Source: Heptranchias perlo
Lineage: Eukaryota
NCBI RefSeq assembly: GCF_035084215.1
Contig: NW_027139217.1
Location: 248,001 to 312,000 of the forward strand
Direction: 5' to 3'
DNA: 64,000 nucleotides
Shown: positions 14,079-26,545 of the stretch, one piece after another
Layout: the number at the start of each line of letters is the position of its first letter
How positions within the stretch are numbered: position 1 is the stretch's first letter
Program-made: the position numbers and the translations under genes
The notes under the pieces: model-generated
The model's database searches: none
Told to the model about the DNA's origin: nothing
What the model saw: the letters and a program-made list of their open reading frames with translations, nothing else

Positions 14079-15099
14079 AGGGGACAGGACTCCTTTTCCC
14101 AGCCTCTCTCCTGAAGTTTTTTCCCAGTCGAGAGGGGCAGGTGACCAAAGTAACGGGATTCGGTGAATCGTCTGTCCCGCTCCTTGGTGACCTGGTGTTA
14201 GAATTGGGCGCACTCACCGCCCGGTCCGATTCTCACTCAGGGAATTAACTTTACAAAACTGTCGTCAACCCATTTAATTAATGACATGAAACTAATTAAA
14301 GTCTATGAAAAGATGAACCATTTTTGGAATCCCCATGAATCAACCTGTAACTTTGTGTTGCGGACTGAAGGAAACGCTGACCTGGTTACCGAGTGAGGGG
14401 AAAATGTAAGAATGTTTGTGTTTTGTTTGTGAGACACTTTCCCGACTGTATTTAGGAGTCGGGTTAAAAATGCTGAGTCTTTCTGACCCCAGGGATGTGT
14501 TAAATGAAGAGGAACAGCCGATTGCCGCCCGCTTTCCAGAGGAGAAGGAACTCTCCCCGGAGCAAGTTGCAACATAATGAAAGATTTGCACCCGAATCAA
14601 ATCAAGGAGCTTTGAGGAGTGAGGCCAGAGTGAGAATCGTTCGAGTCCGGAAAGCTCAGCATCTTCAGTGTTTGTAGAAATGGTCAGTGTTTCTCAGCCC
14701 AGGAATCTGGGGCAACCTTTGTTCAATTGAACAGGAGCGGGGCTTTGGATCAAACAAGAGTTTAGCAGCAAACAGTGTTCTTACTGGGAGTGGTGGGACT
14801 GAGAAATCCTTAAACAGCGGCAACCCTGGAAAGCAGAGCTCCAAATCTCGGCTTCAATAAAGTGCTGAACTGAGAGAGCGGAGGGCAGATGGGCATTGGA
14901 TTCAATCCCAACTCACTGGATCGAAACAAGGCAGTGAGTGTGGGCGGAGTGGGATTCCGGGACCTGTGTCTGAGCTGCACCTCGATCCGTCCCGTTCAGT
15001 AAAGAGAGAGCGGCAGACGGCTCCCAGACACGGCCCAGACCGGGAGCGGGAGCGGGAGCGGCTGCATTGGAGAGCGGGGATCCTGCGCTGGGGTTGCGG

Positions 15100-15503
15100 C
15101 TGGCTGGCTGTCTGAGTCTGTGTCTGGCTGGTCTGTCTCTGTCTGGTCTCTCTGTCTGTCTGTCTGAGTCTGGCTGTCTGAGTCTGTGTCTGTCTCTGTC
15201 TGTCTGTGTCTGTGTCTGTCTGGTCTCTCTGTCTGTCTGTCTGAGTCTGTGTCTGTCTGGTCTCTGTCTGTCTGTGTCTGTGTCTGTCTGGTCTCTCTGT
15301 CTGTCTGTCTGAGTCTGAGTCTGTGTCTGTCTGGTCTCTCTGTCTGTCTGTCTGAGTCTGTGTCTGTCTGGTCTCTGTCTGTCTGTGTCTGTGTCTGTCT
15401 GGTCTCTCTGTCTGTCTGTCTGAGTCTGAGTCTGTGTCTGTCTGGTCTCTCTCTCTGTCTCTCTGTCTGTCTGTCTCTGTCTGGTCTCTCTGTCTGTCTG
15501 TCT
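15100..15503. repeat. Compound TCTG/TCTGAG microsatellite (copy B ~60680-60976)
   Basis: Direct inspection. Confidence 0.9.
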
Positions 15504-15524
15504 GCTCCAGCTTCCCCCCCCCCC

Positions 15525-18500
15525 CCCCCGGGGAGACCCGGCCAATGCCCAAGTGATGATCGCCCTGGTGGAGCGACAACTCGCTGACGAGCTTTGGTCA
15601 GATCTCCGACGTTCCCCAGGCTGTGTAACCCTGGGCGACCCCCGAGTCCGAAGAACGGGATCGAATTTCCAGCCGATAATAAAATCAACCAGGGAGCGGA
15701 GGGAGGATAAAGCAAGAGGCCGGAGGGAGGAGGAGCCCAGAGCTTTAGGAGGGGACCAGACCCTATTCCCTCTGCTTCTCCACCCCCAGTGATGGAGCCA
15801 GGGCCTGGGACAGAGGGAAGATCCTCCGGGCTGCCTCCCAGGAGAGCACGGGCTCAATTTCGAGGGACTCAATCTGGATCTTTCAGACTTCCAACAGGAG
15901 CAGATAAATGATGCAGTCCTCCAAATCATAAAACAAGAGGTAGTAGTGAGAAGTGGGCACCCCACTGAGGGTAAAACAAAAGGTGCGGGGCCTTATTATC
16001 CGGTAAAGAATGACCTTCTATACAGGGAGAGTGCGGGGCAGCAGCAGGAAGTTGACCAGTTGCTGGTGCCACGGACACAGAGGCAGATAGTCCTTGACTT
16101 GGCCACAAGCAACTATTCAGAGCTCACCTGGGGATAGAGCAAACTCGGGAGGGGCTGTTGAGGTGGGTCTTGTGGCCAGGGGTGGATGAAGTGATCCGGG
16201 GGTTCTGTCCCTCCTGTCCACAGTGTCAGCTGTGTGGGCCCAGGCCTCACTATCACGCTCCATTAATCCCTCTCCCCGGAATTGAGGGGCCTTTCGAAAG
16301 GATCGGGATGGACCAGTGGGCCCGCTGGAGGGGTCAGCGCGAGGTCACCAATATATGTTGGGAGTTGTTGCCTGTTCCAGGCCCGATCCTGAGGCGATTC
16401 CACCGAGGATCACGGCCCCTAAAACCATAGCGGGCGGGTCAGTGAGAGCGTTCCCCGGGGTAGGGATCCCAAAGGACCAGGGACTCCCTCTGTGTCCACA
16501 CTGATGAAGGGCCTCTGTCCCCTCCTCCATATTAAAAGTCTGAGGCCCTCCGTGGATCAACCCTCAAACCGAGGGCCGTGTGGAGAGGGTCAGTGGGACC
16601 CGCGAGTATGTTCAAAAAGGCCCGGCATAAAGATGGGTCAAATCGGGATCCTTCACTGCCCCGTCTCAGGCCTGCAGTCGGGGAGGGAGGGGCCTCGGTC
16701 GGGGAGGGAGGGGCCTCGGTCAGGGAGGGAGGGGCCTCGGTCGGGGAGGGAGGGGCCTCGGTCAGGGAGGGAGGGGCCTCGGTCAGGGAGGGAGGGGCCT
16801 CGGTCGGGGAGGGAGGGGCCTCGGTCGGGGAGGGAGGGGCCTCGGTCAGGGAGGGAGGGGCCTCGGTCGGGGAGGGAGGGGCCTCGGTCGGGGAGGGAGG
16901 GGCCTCGGTCGGGGAGGGAGGGGCCTCGGTCGGGGAGGGAGGGGCCTCGGTCGGGGAGGGAGGGGCCTCGGTCGGGGAGGGGCCTCGGGGGAAGGAGGGG
17001 CCTCGGTCGGGGAGGGAGGGGCCTCGGTCGGGGAGGTGCCTCGGGGGAGGGAGGGGCCTCGGTCGGGGAGGGAGGGGCCTCGGTCGGGGAGGGAGGGGCC
17101 TCGGTCGGGGAGGGAGGGGCCTCGGTCGGGAGGGAGGGGCCTCGGTCGGGGAGGGCGGGGCCTCGGTCGGGGAGGGAGGGGCCTCGGTCGGGGAGGGAGG
17201 GGCTTCGGTCAGGGAGGGAGGGGCCTCGGTCGGTCGGGGAGGGCGGAGCCTCGGTCGGGGAGGGAGGGGCCTCGGTCAGGGAGGGAGGGGCCTCGGTCGG
17301 TCGGGGAGGGAGGGGCCTCGGTCAGGGAGGGAGGGGCCTCGGTCGGGGAGGGAGGGGCCTCGGTCGGGAGGGAGGGGCCTCGGTCGGGGAGGGAGGGGCC
17401 TCGGTCGGGGAGGGAGGGGCCTCGGTCGGGAGGGAGGGGCCTCGGTCGGGGAGGGCGGGGCCTCGGTCGGGGAGGGAGGGGCCTCTGTCAGGGAGGGAGG
17501 GGCCTCGGTCGGGGAGGGAGGGGCCTCGGTCAGGGAGGGAGGGGCCTCGGTCGGTCGGGGAGGGAGGGGCCTCGGTCGGTCGGGGAGGGAGGGGCCTCGG
17601 TCGGGGAGGGAGGGGCCTCGGTCGGGGAGGGAGGGGCCTCGGTCGGGGAGGGAGGGGCCTCGGTCGGTCGGGGAGGGAGGGGCCTCGGTCGGGGAGGGAG
17701 GGGCCTCGGTCGGTCGGGGAGGGAGGGGCCTCGGTCGGGGAGGGAGGGGCCTCGGTCAGGGAGGGCGGGGCCTCGGTCGGGGAGGGCGGGGCCTCGGTCG
17801 GGGAGGGAGGGGCCTCGGTCGGGGAGGGAGGGGCCTCGGTCGGGGAGGGAGGGGCCTCGGTCGGGGAGGGAGGGGCCTCGGGCGGGGAGGGAGGGGCCTC
17901 GGTCGGGGAGGGAGGGGCCTCGGTCGGGGAGGGAGGGGCCTCGGGCGGGGAGGGAGGGGCCTCGGTCGGGGAGGGAGGGGCCTCGGTCGGGGAGGGAGGG
18001 GCCTCGGGCGGGGAGGGAGGGGCCTCGGTCGGGGAGGGAGGGGCCTCGGTCGGGGAGGGGCCTCGGGCGGGGAGGGAGGGGCCTCGGTCCTCCAATAATA
18101 TTATTGAGCACAGAGTGAAGATGGGGCGCGGATTGAGGCGGTTCCCCCCATAGTGAGGGCTCATTTAGAGAGGGTGCAGGAAGAGCAGAGAGCCCAGTGT
18201 AAGAGAGGCTGCAGTCAGGAGGTTCCGACCAGGAGACCGAGTTACGGTCCTCGTTCCCACACCTGAAACAAGCTCTTTGCAGGGTGGCAGGGACTTTAGG
18301 AGGTTCTAGAGGCTGTGGGCCCAGTGAACTATAAGGTCAGGCAACCTCAGAGAAGGAAGCCTGACCAGAAAGACCATGTGCCCCTCCTGAAGCCATGGAG
18401 AGAGAGAGGCCCTCGCAGTGATGGAGAAAGCACTAGGGGGGCCCTGGCTCCAAGGTACAAAGCCCAGTTCACCTCTCTAGTGAGCTGCCTGAGGATCAGT

Positions 18501-20030
18501 GCAGGCAGGCTCAGCACCTGGGAGATGGAACCTGCAATGTATTCACATCTGGGCCTGGGAGGACGGGGGCCATCTGCTCTCACCTGGTGACACCACCAGG
18601 AGTGACAACAAAGGTCAGACCGGACCGAATCCCAGAAGCCAAACGGAGGGAGGTTCGCCAGGAGATTCCGAGGGTGTTGATCTTCGGGGTGATTGAAGAA
18701 TCACGGTGAACGGAGCAGCCCCATTGTGTTGGTTCTGAATCCCGATGGGAATTGGCGATTCTGAAATGACTTTCGGAAACTGAATGAGGATTGAAATCCG
18801 ATGCTTTCCCGATGCCCCGGGGGGATGAGTTGATTGAGAGATTGGCGAAGGCCCCTTTGATCTTACCCCCTTCGATCTGACCAAGGGGTGCTGGCAGATC
18901 CCTTTAACAGAGGCTGCAAAAGGAAACCCGTGTTTCGGGGTTCCCGAGGGGCTCTCCCATTCACCGTCATGGCATTTGGATTCCATGGGGGCCCAGTCAT
19001 CTTCCAAAGGCTCATGGACCAAGTGTTGAGACCCCCATACCCGGGGTGCAGCCTCATATCTGGATGATGCCATTATTTATAGTACAGACTGGTGATCCCA
19101 TTTACCTGGAGTAGAGGCTGGATTACACAGCCTAAGAAAGATTGGGCTCACGGCAAACCCGGCCAAGGGCCACCTGGTGTTGTCGGAGGCCGACTACCGA
19201 GGGTGGACTGTAGGAGGAGGGGTGGTGAAGTCTCAGGTAAATAGAGTTGAACCTATAAAAGCCTGGCCCTGACCGAGGAATAAGCAAGTCGGGGCTTTCT
19301 TGGGCATCGTTGGTTACTCCTGCCGCTTTATTCCTGCCTTTCTCCCCGAGCCGCGCCCCCCACTTAATGAGCGGAGTAAAGCAGAGGCACTGAACCTTGT
19401 ACGGTGGGACCCTGAGGCGGAGACTGCTTTCAGGGACCTGAACCAAACACTGTGAATGATCCTGAGCTCATGGTCCCAGACTTTAGTCCAAAATTTGTCT
19501 TGCAAACCGCTGCCTCCGAGGTGGGTTTGGGGGCCGTCCTCTCTCAAATGGTGAAGGGGGAGGAAATCCTGTGCTCGACCTGAACAGAAAGCTGTTGCCC
19601 AGGGGGCAGCGACACACTACGGCAGAGAAGGAGTGCCCACCAATTAAATGGGCGGTAGAAACCCTTAAAACACCACCTGTTGGGGTACCAGCTTCTCCTC
19701 GTGACCAATCACGTGCCCCTCAAATGGATGTGGTCCAACAGTGAGAAAAATGCCCGGGTTACCCGGTGGATTTCGTCACTCCAGCCCGATTGTTTCGAGG
19801 TGGAACACCGGGCGGGAGTGGCACACGGTAACTCCGATGCCCTCTCCCGGGAGTATTGCCTCGCGGAGCGAGCAGCTGGAGCCGAGGGGTCTATGATGGG
19901 GGGGGAGGATGTGTAAGGGAGGGCCCTGATCCCCAAATAAGGGAGTGGCCTTTTAAGGAGACCTCCCCTTTAAGAGGAAGGGTGTGGTCCTTTTAATGGG
20001 AACACCACCACCCGCACGTTCCCCTCCAAA
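15525..20030 (+). mobile_element. Decayed Gmr1-like Ty3/gypsy LTR retrotransposon (INT-RT-RNH order)
   Basis: Integrase (WPG...CPSCPQC...PFERIGMD; GPVNYKV...LLKPW) precedes RT (YLDD at 19057-19068) and RNase H (ASEVGLGAVLSQ...HGNSDALSR). Polypurine tract ~19895-19909, then TG at 19912. Confidence 0.88.
16677..18088. repeat. 21-bp G-rich minisatellite inside the Gmr1-like integrase (copy B 62162-63131)
   Basis: Unit ggggagggaggggcctcggtc. Confidence 0.95.
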
Positions 20031-20925
20031 TCGCACACCATCCCGACTTGGAAATATATCACCGTTCCTTCATCGTCACTGGGTCAAAATCCTGGAACTC
20101 CCGAACAGCACTGTGGGAGAATCTTCACCACACGGACTGCAGTGGTTCAAGAAGGCGGCTCACCACCACCTTCTCAAGGGGCAATTAACGATGGGCAATA
20201 AATGCCGGCCTCGCCAGCGACGCCCACATCCCATGAATGAATTTTTTTTAAAAGCACGGAAGACCATTTGACCCTTCTGCCTCTGGAAACAGTTTCTCTT
20301 TATTTACTCTCTCAAAACCCTTCATGATTTTGAACACCTCTATTAAATCTCCCCTTAACCTTCTCTGCTCGAAGGAGAACAACCCCAGCTTCTCCAGTCT
20401 CTCCACATAACTGAAGTCCCTCATCCCTGGAACCATTCCAGTAAATCTCCTCTGCACCCTCTCTGAGGCCTTCACATCCTTCCTAAAGTGCGGTGCCCAG
20501 AATTGGACACAATACTCCAGCTGAGGTCTAACCAGTGTTTTATAAAGGTTTTGGTTGAGGGGTTTATAATGTTCACAGGATTCGATAGGGTAAGACGGAG
20601 AAACTATTTCCTCTGGTGGGGGAGTCAAGAACGAGGGGACATCATCTTAAAATTAGAGTGAGGTCATTTAGGAGGGAAATCAGGAATCCCATTTTCACAC
20701 AAAGGGAAGTGGAAATCTGGAACTCTCTCCCCCAAAAGGCTGTGGATGTCGGGACAATTGGAGCTTTTAAGACTGCGATTGATCAGAGTTTTGTTGGGTA
20801 ACGGGATCAAGGGACACGGAGCAAAGCGGGAAAATGGAGATGAGGTACAGATCAGCCATGATCTGATTGAATGGAGGAGCAGGCTCGAGGGGCTGAATGG
20901 CCTCCTCCTGTTCCTATGTTCTTCT
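20030..20925. mobile_element. Three LINE (CR1-type) 3' fragments: + 20030-20250, - 20260-20550, + 20555-20925
   Basis: LVRPQLEYCVQFW, FTQREVEIWNSLP, and a gaatggcctcctcctgttcctatgttc tail. Confidence 0.85.
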
Positions 20926-20946
20926 CTCTGTCACTTTCTGCAACAA

Positions 20947-21038
20947 ACTACTTTCAGTTCCTTGTTTAATGATCAAATCCTGTTCAGTTCATTCTCCCTG
21001 GCAACTGAACATGTACCGAGCAGTATTTCTCTGATTGG
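20947..21038 (+). promoter_or_regulatory. MHC promoter: ISRE-like site plus X1 and Y boxes of an SXY-type module
   Basis: ctttcagttcc at 20951; X1-like ccctggcaactga at 20996; Y box ctgattgg at 21031. X-Y spacing matches the HLA-DRA module as I recall it. Further CCAAT motifs near 21135 and 21162. Confidence 0.75.
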
Positions 21039-21199
21039 ACGGTTCAGGATATTTGGACAGTTTATTTTTACACCGACACAAACTCTCTGGGACTCCTCTG
21101 GCCGGAGTTTGCTGATTCACAGGCTGCTTTCATTCTGATTGGGCACAAACTGACTGTCGAACCAATCAATATGGAGGTGACTGAGTGACTGAGAGAGAG

Positions 21200-22536
21200 G
21201 GAGAGAGGGAGAGACCAGGAGGTACAGTGTTAGCACAGGGACAGAGAGAGGGAGAGACCAGGAGGTACAGTGTTAGCACAGGGACAGAGAGAGGGAGAGA
21301 CCAGGAGGTACAGTGTTAGCACAGGGACAGAGAGAGGGAGAGACCAGGAGGTACAGTGTTAGCACAGGGACAGAGAGAGGGAGAGACCAGGAGGTACAGT
21401 GTGAGCACAGGGACAGAGAGAGGGAGAGACCAGGAGGTACAGTGTTAGCACAGGGACAGAGAGAGGGAGAGACCAGGAGGTACAGTGTTAGCACAGGGAC
21501 AGAGAGAGGGAGAGACCAGGAGGTACAGTGTTAGCACAGGGACAGAGAGAGGGAGAGACCAGGAGGTACAGTGTTAGCACAGGGACAGAGAGAGGGAGAG
21601 ACCAGGAGGTACAGTGTTAGCACAGGGACAGAGAGAGGGAGAGACCAGGAGGTACAGTGTTAGCACAGGGACAGAGAGAGGGAGAGACCAGGAGGTACAG
21701 TGTTAGCACAGGGACAGAGAGAGGGCGAGACCAGGAGGTACAGTGTTAGCACAGGGACAGAGAGAGGGAGAGACCAGGAGGTACAGTGTTAGCACAGGGA
21801 CAGAGAGAGGGAGAGACCAGGAGGTACAGTGTTAGCACAGGGACAGAGGGAGGGAGAGACCAGGAGGTACAGTGTTAGCACAGGGACAGAGAGAGGGAGA
21901 GACCAGGAGGTACAGTGTTAGCACAGGGACAGAGAGAGGGAGAGACCAGGAGGTACAGTGTTAGCACAGGGACAGAGAGAGGGCGAGACCAGGAGGTACA
22001 GTGTTCGCACAGGGACAGAGGGAGGGAGAGACCAGGAGGTACAGTGTGAGCACAGGGACAGAGAGAGGGAGAGACCAGGAGGTACAGTGTTAGCACAGGG
22101 ACAGAGAGAGGGAGAGACCAGGAGGTACAGTGTTAGCACAGGGACAGAGAGAGGGAGAGACCAGGAGGTACAGTGTTAGCACAGGGACAGAGAGAGAGAG
22201 AGACCAGGAGGTACAGTGTTAGCACAGGGACAGAGAGAGGGAGGGACCAGGAGGTACAGTGTTAGCACAGGGACAGAGAGAGGGAGAGACCAGGAGGTAC
22301 AGTGTTAGCACAGGGACAGAGAGAGGGAGAGACCAGGAGGTACAGTGTTAGCACAGGGACAGAGAGAGAGAGAGACCAGGAGGTACAGTGTTAGCACAGG
22401 GACAGAGAGAGGGAGAGACCAGGAGGTACAGTGTTAGCACAGGGACAGAGAGAGGGAGGGACCAGGAGGTACAGTGTTAGCACAGGGACAGAGAGAGGGA
22501 GAGACCAGGAGGTACAGTGTTAGCACAGGGACAGAG
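21200..22536. repeat. 43-bp minisatellite between promoter module and ATG, ~31 units
   Basis: Unit gagagaccaggaggtacagtgttagcacagggacagagagagg. Confidence 0.97.
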
Positions 22537-22601
22537 GAGACCGTCTCCTGGAAAAGGATTTCCCACAAACTGCTCATCCCAGCCTGTCGAGGGAAGCAGC
22601 A

Positions 22602-22650
22602 ATGATTGGACTGATAGTTCTGGTCGTTCTGTGTGGAGGGGTCTCTGCAG
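22602..22650 (+). CDS. MHC class I exon 1, signal peptide MIGLIVLVVLCGGVSA
   Basis: ATG at 22602 (gcaATGa), 16-aa hydrophobic peptide ending VSA, donor G|gtgagt at 22651, phase 1. Confidence 0.9.
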
Positions 22651-23217
22651 GTGAGTAATGGGGTCTGAGAGGGGCTCAGTGCCAGGCTGGGTATTGGGGC
22701 ATTAACCCTCGGTCAGTGGGTAATGGGGTCTGAGAGGGGCTCAGTGCCAGGCTGGGTATTGGGGCATTAACCCTCGGTCAGTGGGTAATGGGGTCTGAGA
22801 GGGGCTCAGTGCCAGGCTGGGTATTGGGACATTAACCCTCGGTCAGTGGGTAATGGGGTCTGAGAGGGGCTCAGTGCCAGGCTGGGTATTGGGGCATTAA
22901 CCCTCGGTCAGTGGGTAATGGGGTCTGAGAGGGGCTCAGTGCCAGGCTGGGTATTGGGGCATTAACCCTCGGTCAGTGGGTAATGGGGTCTGAGAGGGGC
23001 TCAGTGCCAGGCTGGGTATTGGGGCATTAACCCTCGGTCAGTGAGTAATGGGGTCTGAGAGGGGCTCAGTGCCAGGCTGGGTATTGGGGCATTAACCCTC
23101 GGTCAGTGGGTAATGGGGTCTGAGAGGGGCTCAGTGCCAGGCTGGGTATTGGGGCATTAACCCTCGGTCAGTGGGTAATGGGGTCTGAGAGGGGCTCAGT
23201 GCCAGGCTGGGTATTGG
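22651..23217. repeat. 65-bp minisatellite starting exactly at the intron 1 donor, ~8.7 units
   Basis: Unit gtg(a/g)gtaatggggtctgagaggggctcagtgccaggctgggtattggggcattaaccctcggtca. Confidence 0.97.
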
Positions 23218-23319
23218 AGAGAGAGAGACCATGATTGAAGGGGTGCTGGAAACAGTGTGATAGAGGGAGAGACCATGGGGTGGAGTGAGGGATGGGGGGA
23301 CACGGACACACGCAGCACA

Positions 23320-24152
23320 ACTCCATTTTCCCCCTTTGCTCCATATCCCTTGATGTCCTGACCCAACAAAAATCGATCAATCTCAGTTTTGAAAGCTCCA
23401 ATGAACCCCCAGAATGCTCAGCCTTTTGGGGGAGAGAGTTCCAGATTCCCACCACCCTTTGTGTGAAGAAATGCTTCCTGGTTTCACCCCTGAACGGCCT
23501 GGCTCGAATTTGAAGATTCCGTCCTCTTGTTCTTGTCTCCCCGACTGGACGAAGTAGTTTCTCCGTATCTACCCTATAAAATCCTTTTAACATTTTAAAC
23601 ACCCTCGATCAGATCACCCCTCAATCTTCTAAACTCGAGGGAATACAAGCCTCGTCTGTACAACCTGTCCTCGTAATTTAACCCTTTTAGCCCCGGGATC
23701 ATTCTGGTGAATCTGGGCTGCACCCCCTCCAAGGCCAATCTATCCTTCCTGAGGTGCGGTGCCCAGAACTGAACACAGTCTCCAGATGTGGTCTGACCAG
23801 AGCTCTGCACAGCTGGAACATAACTTCCTCCCCTTTGTATTCCAGCCCCCGAGATAAAGACCAACGTTCCATTAGCCTTTCCCAATCCTTTTTGTATCTC
23901 CACTGGCTTTTAATGATTTCTGGACTTGGACTCCCAAATCTCTCTGTTCCTCTCCAGTTCCTAGTTTCTCACCGTGTAGAAAATACTCTGATTTATCTTT
24001 CTTCGGTCTAAAGTCGATGACCTCACACTTTCCCACATTGAACTCCATTTGCCCCAGTTTTGCCCACTCACTTAATCTGTCTCTGTCCCTTCACAACTCC
24101 CTGCTCCCGTCTACACTATTTCCTGTCCCTCCTAATTTAGTGTCGTCAGCAA
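23320..24152 (-). mobile_element. CR1 RT 3' fragment in intron 1
   Basis: CVQFWAPHLRKD...RRLRGDLIE; FFTQRVVGIWNSLP. Confidence 0.88.
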
Positions 24153-26405
24153 ACCCAGGCCCCTCTCCCTCAGTCTGTCAGGGGGTGTGTTACCCCAGGC
24201 CCCTCTCCCTCAGTCCCTCAGTGGGTGTGTTACCCCAGGCCCCTCTCCCTCAGTCTGTCAGGGGGTGTGTTACCCCAGGCCCCTCTCCCTCAGTCTGTCA
24301 GGGGGTGTGTTACCCCAGGCCCCTCTCCCTCAGTCTGTCAGGGGGTGTGTTACCCCAGGCCCCTCTCCCTCAGTCTGTCAGTGGGTGTGTTACCCCAGGC
24401 CCCTCTCCCTCAGTCTGTCAGGGGGTGTGTTACCCCAGGCCCCTCTCCCTCAGTCTGTCAGTGGGTGTGTTACCCCAGGCCCCTCTCCCTCAGTCTGTCA
24501 GTGGGTGTGTTACCCCAGGCCCCTCTCCCTCAGTCTGTCAGTGGGTGTGTTACCCCAGGCCCCTCTCCCTCAGTCTGTCAGGGGGTGTGTTACCCCAGGC
24601 CCCTCTCCCTCAGTCTGTCAGTGGGTGTGTTACCCCAGGCCCCTCTCCCTCAGTCTGTCAGGGGGTGTGTTACCCCAGGCCCCTCTCCCTCAGTCTGTCA
24701 GTGGGTGTGTTACCCCAGGCCCCTCTCCCTCAGTCTGTCAGGGGGTGTGTTACCCCAGGCCCCTCTCCCTCAGTCTGTCAGTGGGTGTGTTACCCCAGGC
24801 CCCTCTCCCTCAGTCTGTCAGGGGGTGTGTTACCCCAGGCCCCTCTCCCACAGTCTGTCAGGGGGTGTGTTACCCCAGGCCCCTCTCCCTCAGTCTGTCA
24901 GTGGGTGTGTTACCCCAGGCCCCTCTCCCTCAGTCTGTCAGTGGGTGTGTTACCCCAGGCCCCTCTCCCTCAGTCCCTGTCAGGGGGTGTGTTACCCCAG
25001 GCCCCTCTCCCTCAGTCTGTCAGTGGGTGTGTTACCCCAGGCCCCTCTCCCTCAGTCCCTGTCAGTGGGTGTGTTACCCCAGGCCCCTCTCCCTCAGTGG
25101 GTGTGTTACCCCAGGCCCCTCTCCCTCAGTCTGTCAGGGGGTGTGTTACCCCAGGCCCCTCTCCCTCAGTCTGTCAGTGGGTGTGTTCCCCCAGGCCCCT
25201 CTCCCTCAGTCCCTGTCAGTGGGTGTGTTACCCCAGGCCCCTCTCCCTCAGTGGGTGTGTTACCCCAGGCCCCTCTACCTCAGTCTGTCAGTGGGTGTGT
25301 TGCCCCAGGCCCCTCTCCCTCAGTCCCTCAGTGGGTGTGTTACCCCAGGCCCCTCTCCCTCAGTCTGTCAGTGGGTGTGTTACCCCAGGCCCCTCTCGCT
25401 CAGTCTGTCAGGGGGGGTGTTACCCCAGGCCCCTCTCCCTCAGTCTGTCAGGGGGTGTGTTACCCCAGGCCCGTCTCCCTCAGTCTGTCAGTGGGTGTGT
25501 TACCCCAGGCCCCTCTCCCTCAGTCTGTCAGGGGGTGTGTTACCCCAGGCCCCTCTCCCTCAGTCTGTCAGTGGGTGTGTTACCCCAGGCCCCTCTCCCT
25601 CAGTCTGTCAGGGGGTGTGTTACCCCAGGCCCCTCTCCCTCAGTCTGTCAGGGGGTGTGTTACCCCAGGCCCCTCTCCCTCAGTCCCTCAGTGGGTGTGT
25701 TACCCCAGGCCCCTCTCCCTCAGTCTGTCAGGGGGTGTGTTACCCCAGGCCCCTCTCCCTCAGTCTGTCAGGGGGTGTGTTACCCCAGGCCCCTCTCCCT
25801 CAGTCTGTCAGAGGGTGTGTTACCCCAGGCCCCTCTCCCTCAGTCCCTCAGTGGGTGTGTTACCCCAGGCCCCTCTCCCTCAGTCCCTCAGTGGGTGTGT
25901 TACCCCAGGCCCCTCTCCCTCAGTCTGTCAGTGGGTGTGTTACCCCAGGCCCCTCTCCCTCAGTCTGTCAGGGGGTGTGTTACCCCAGGCCCCTCTCCCT
26001 CAGTCCCTCAGTGGGTGTGTTACCCCAGGCCCCTCTCCCTCAGTCTGTCAGTGGGTGTGTTACCCCAGGCCCCTCTCCCTCAGTCCCTCAGTGGGTGTGT
26101 TACCCCAGGCCCCTCTCCCTCAGTCCCTCAGTGGGTGTGTTACCCCAGGCCCCTCTCCCTCAGTCTGTCAGTGGGTGTGTTACCCCAGGCCCCTCTCCCT
26201 CAGTCTGTCAGGGGGTGTGTTACCCCAGGCCCCTCTCCCTCAGTCTGTCAGGGGGTGTGTTACCCCAGGCCCCTCTCCCTCAGTCTGTCAGGGGGTGTGT
26301 TACCCCAGGCCCCTCTCCCTCAGTCTGTCAGTGGGTGTGTTACCCCAGGCCCCTCTCCCTCAGTCTGTCAGGGGGTGTGATACCCCAGGCCCCTCTCCCT
26401 CAGCC
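24153..26405. repeat. 40-bp minisatellite, ~56 units
   Basis: Unit taccccaggcccctctccctcagtctgtcagggggtgtgt. Confidence 0.97.
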
Positions 26406-26419
26406 TGTGTTGTGTTGAT

Positions 26420-26545
26420 GTGGAGATGCCGGTGATGGACAGGGGTTGACAATTGTAAACAATTTTACAACACCAAGTTATAGTCCAGCAATTTTATTTT
26501 AAATTCACAAGCTTTCGGAGACTTCCTCCTTCCTCAGGTAAATGT
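26420..26545 (-). mobile_element. Penelope-like element terminus
   Basis: Minus strand ...cctgaggaaggaggaagtctccgaaagcttgtgaatttaaaataaaattgctggactataacttggtgttgtaa...; hammerhead-like motif followed by AATAAA. Confidence 0.65.
26503..26543 (-). ncRNA. Minimal type I hammerhead ribozyme-like motif
   Basis: AUUUAC-CUGAGGA-A-GGAG(gaagu)CUCC-GAAA-GCUU-GUGAAU: stem I, core, stem II and palindromic AGCU stem III. Confidence 0.6.

Larger units (their letters stand above)
1..18957 (+). repeat. Segmental duplication copy A (direct repeat of 44540-64000)
   Basis: Colinear, near-identical unique sequence and ORFs; offset 44539 at the start and 45043 at the end, varying mainly with VNTR length. Confidence 0.98.

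Noticed and set aside
16492-18164. Gly/Arg- or Pro-rich ORFs of 500+ aa
   Set aside because: Open in several frames because the 21-mer lacks stops; it lies inside a dead integrase.
22555-22565. NF-kB-like site aggatttccc before the ATG
   Set aside because: Imperfect single short match in the probable 5'UTR; cannot be told from chance.
24017-26435. ORFs of 736-787 aa in all three + frames
   Set aside because: Artefact of a stop-free 40-bp intronic repeat.
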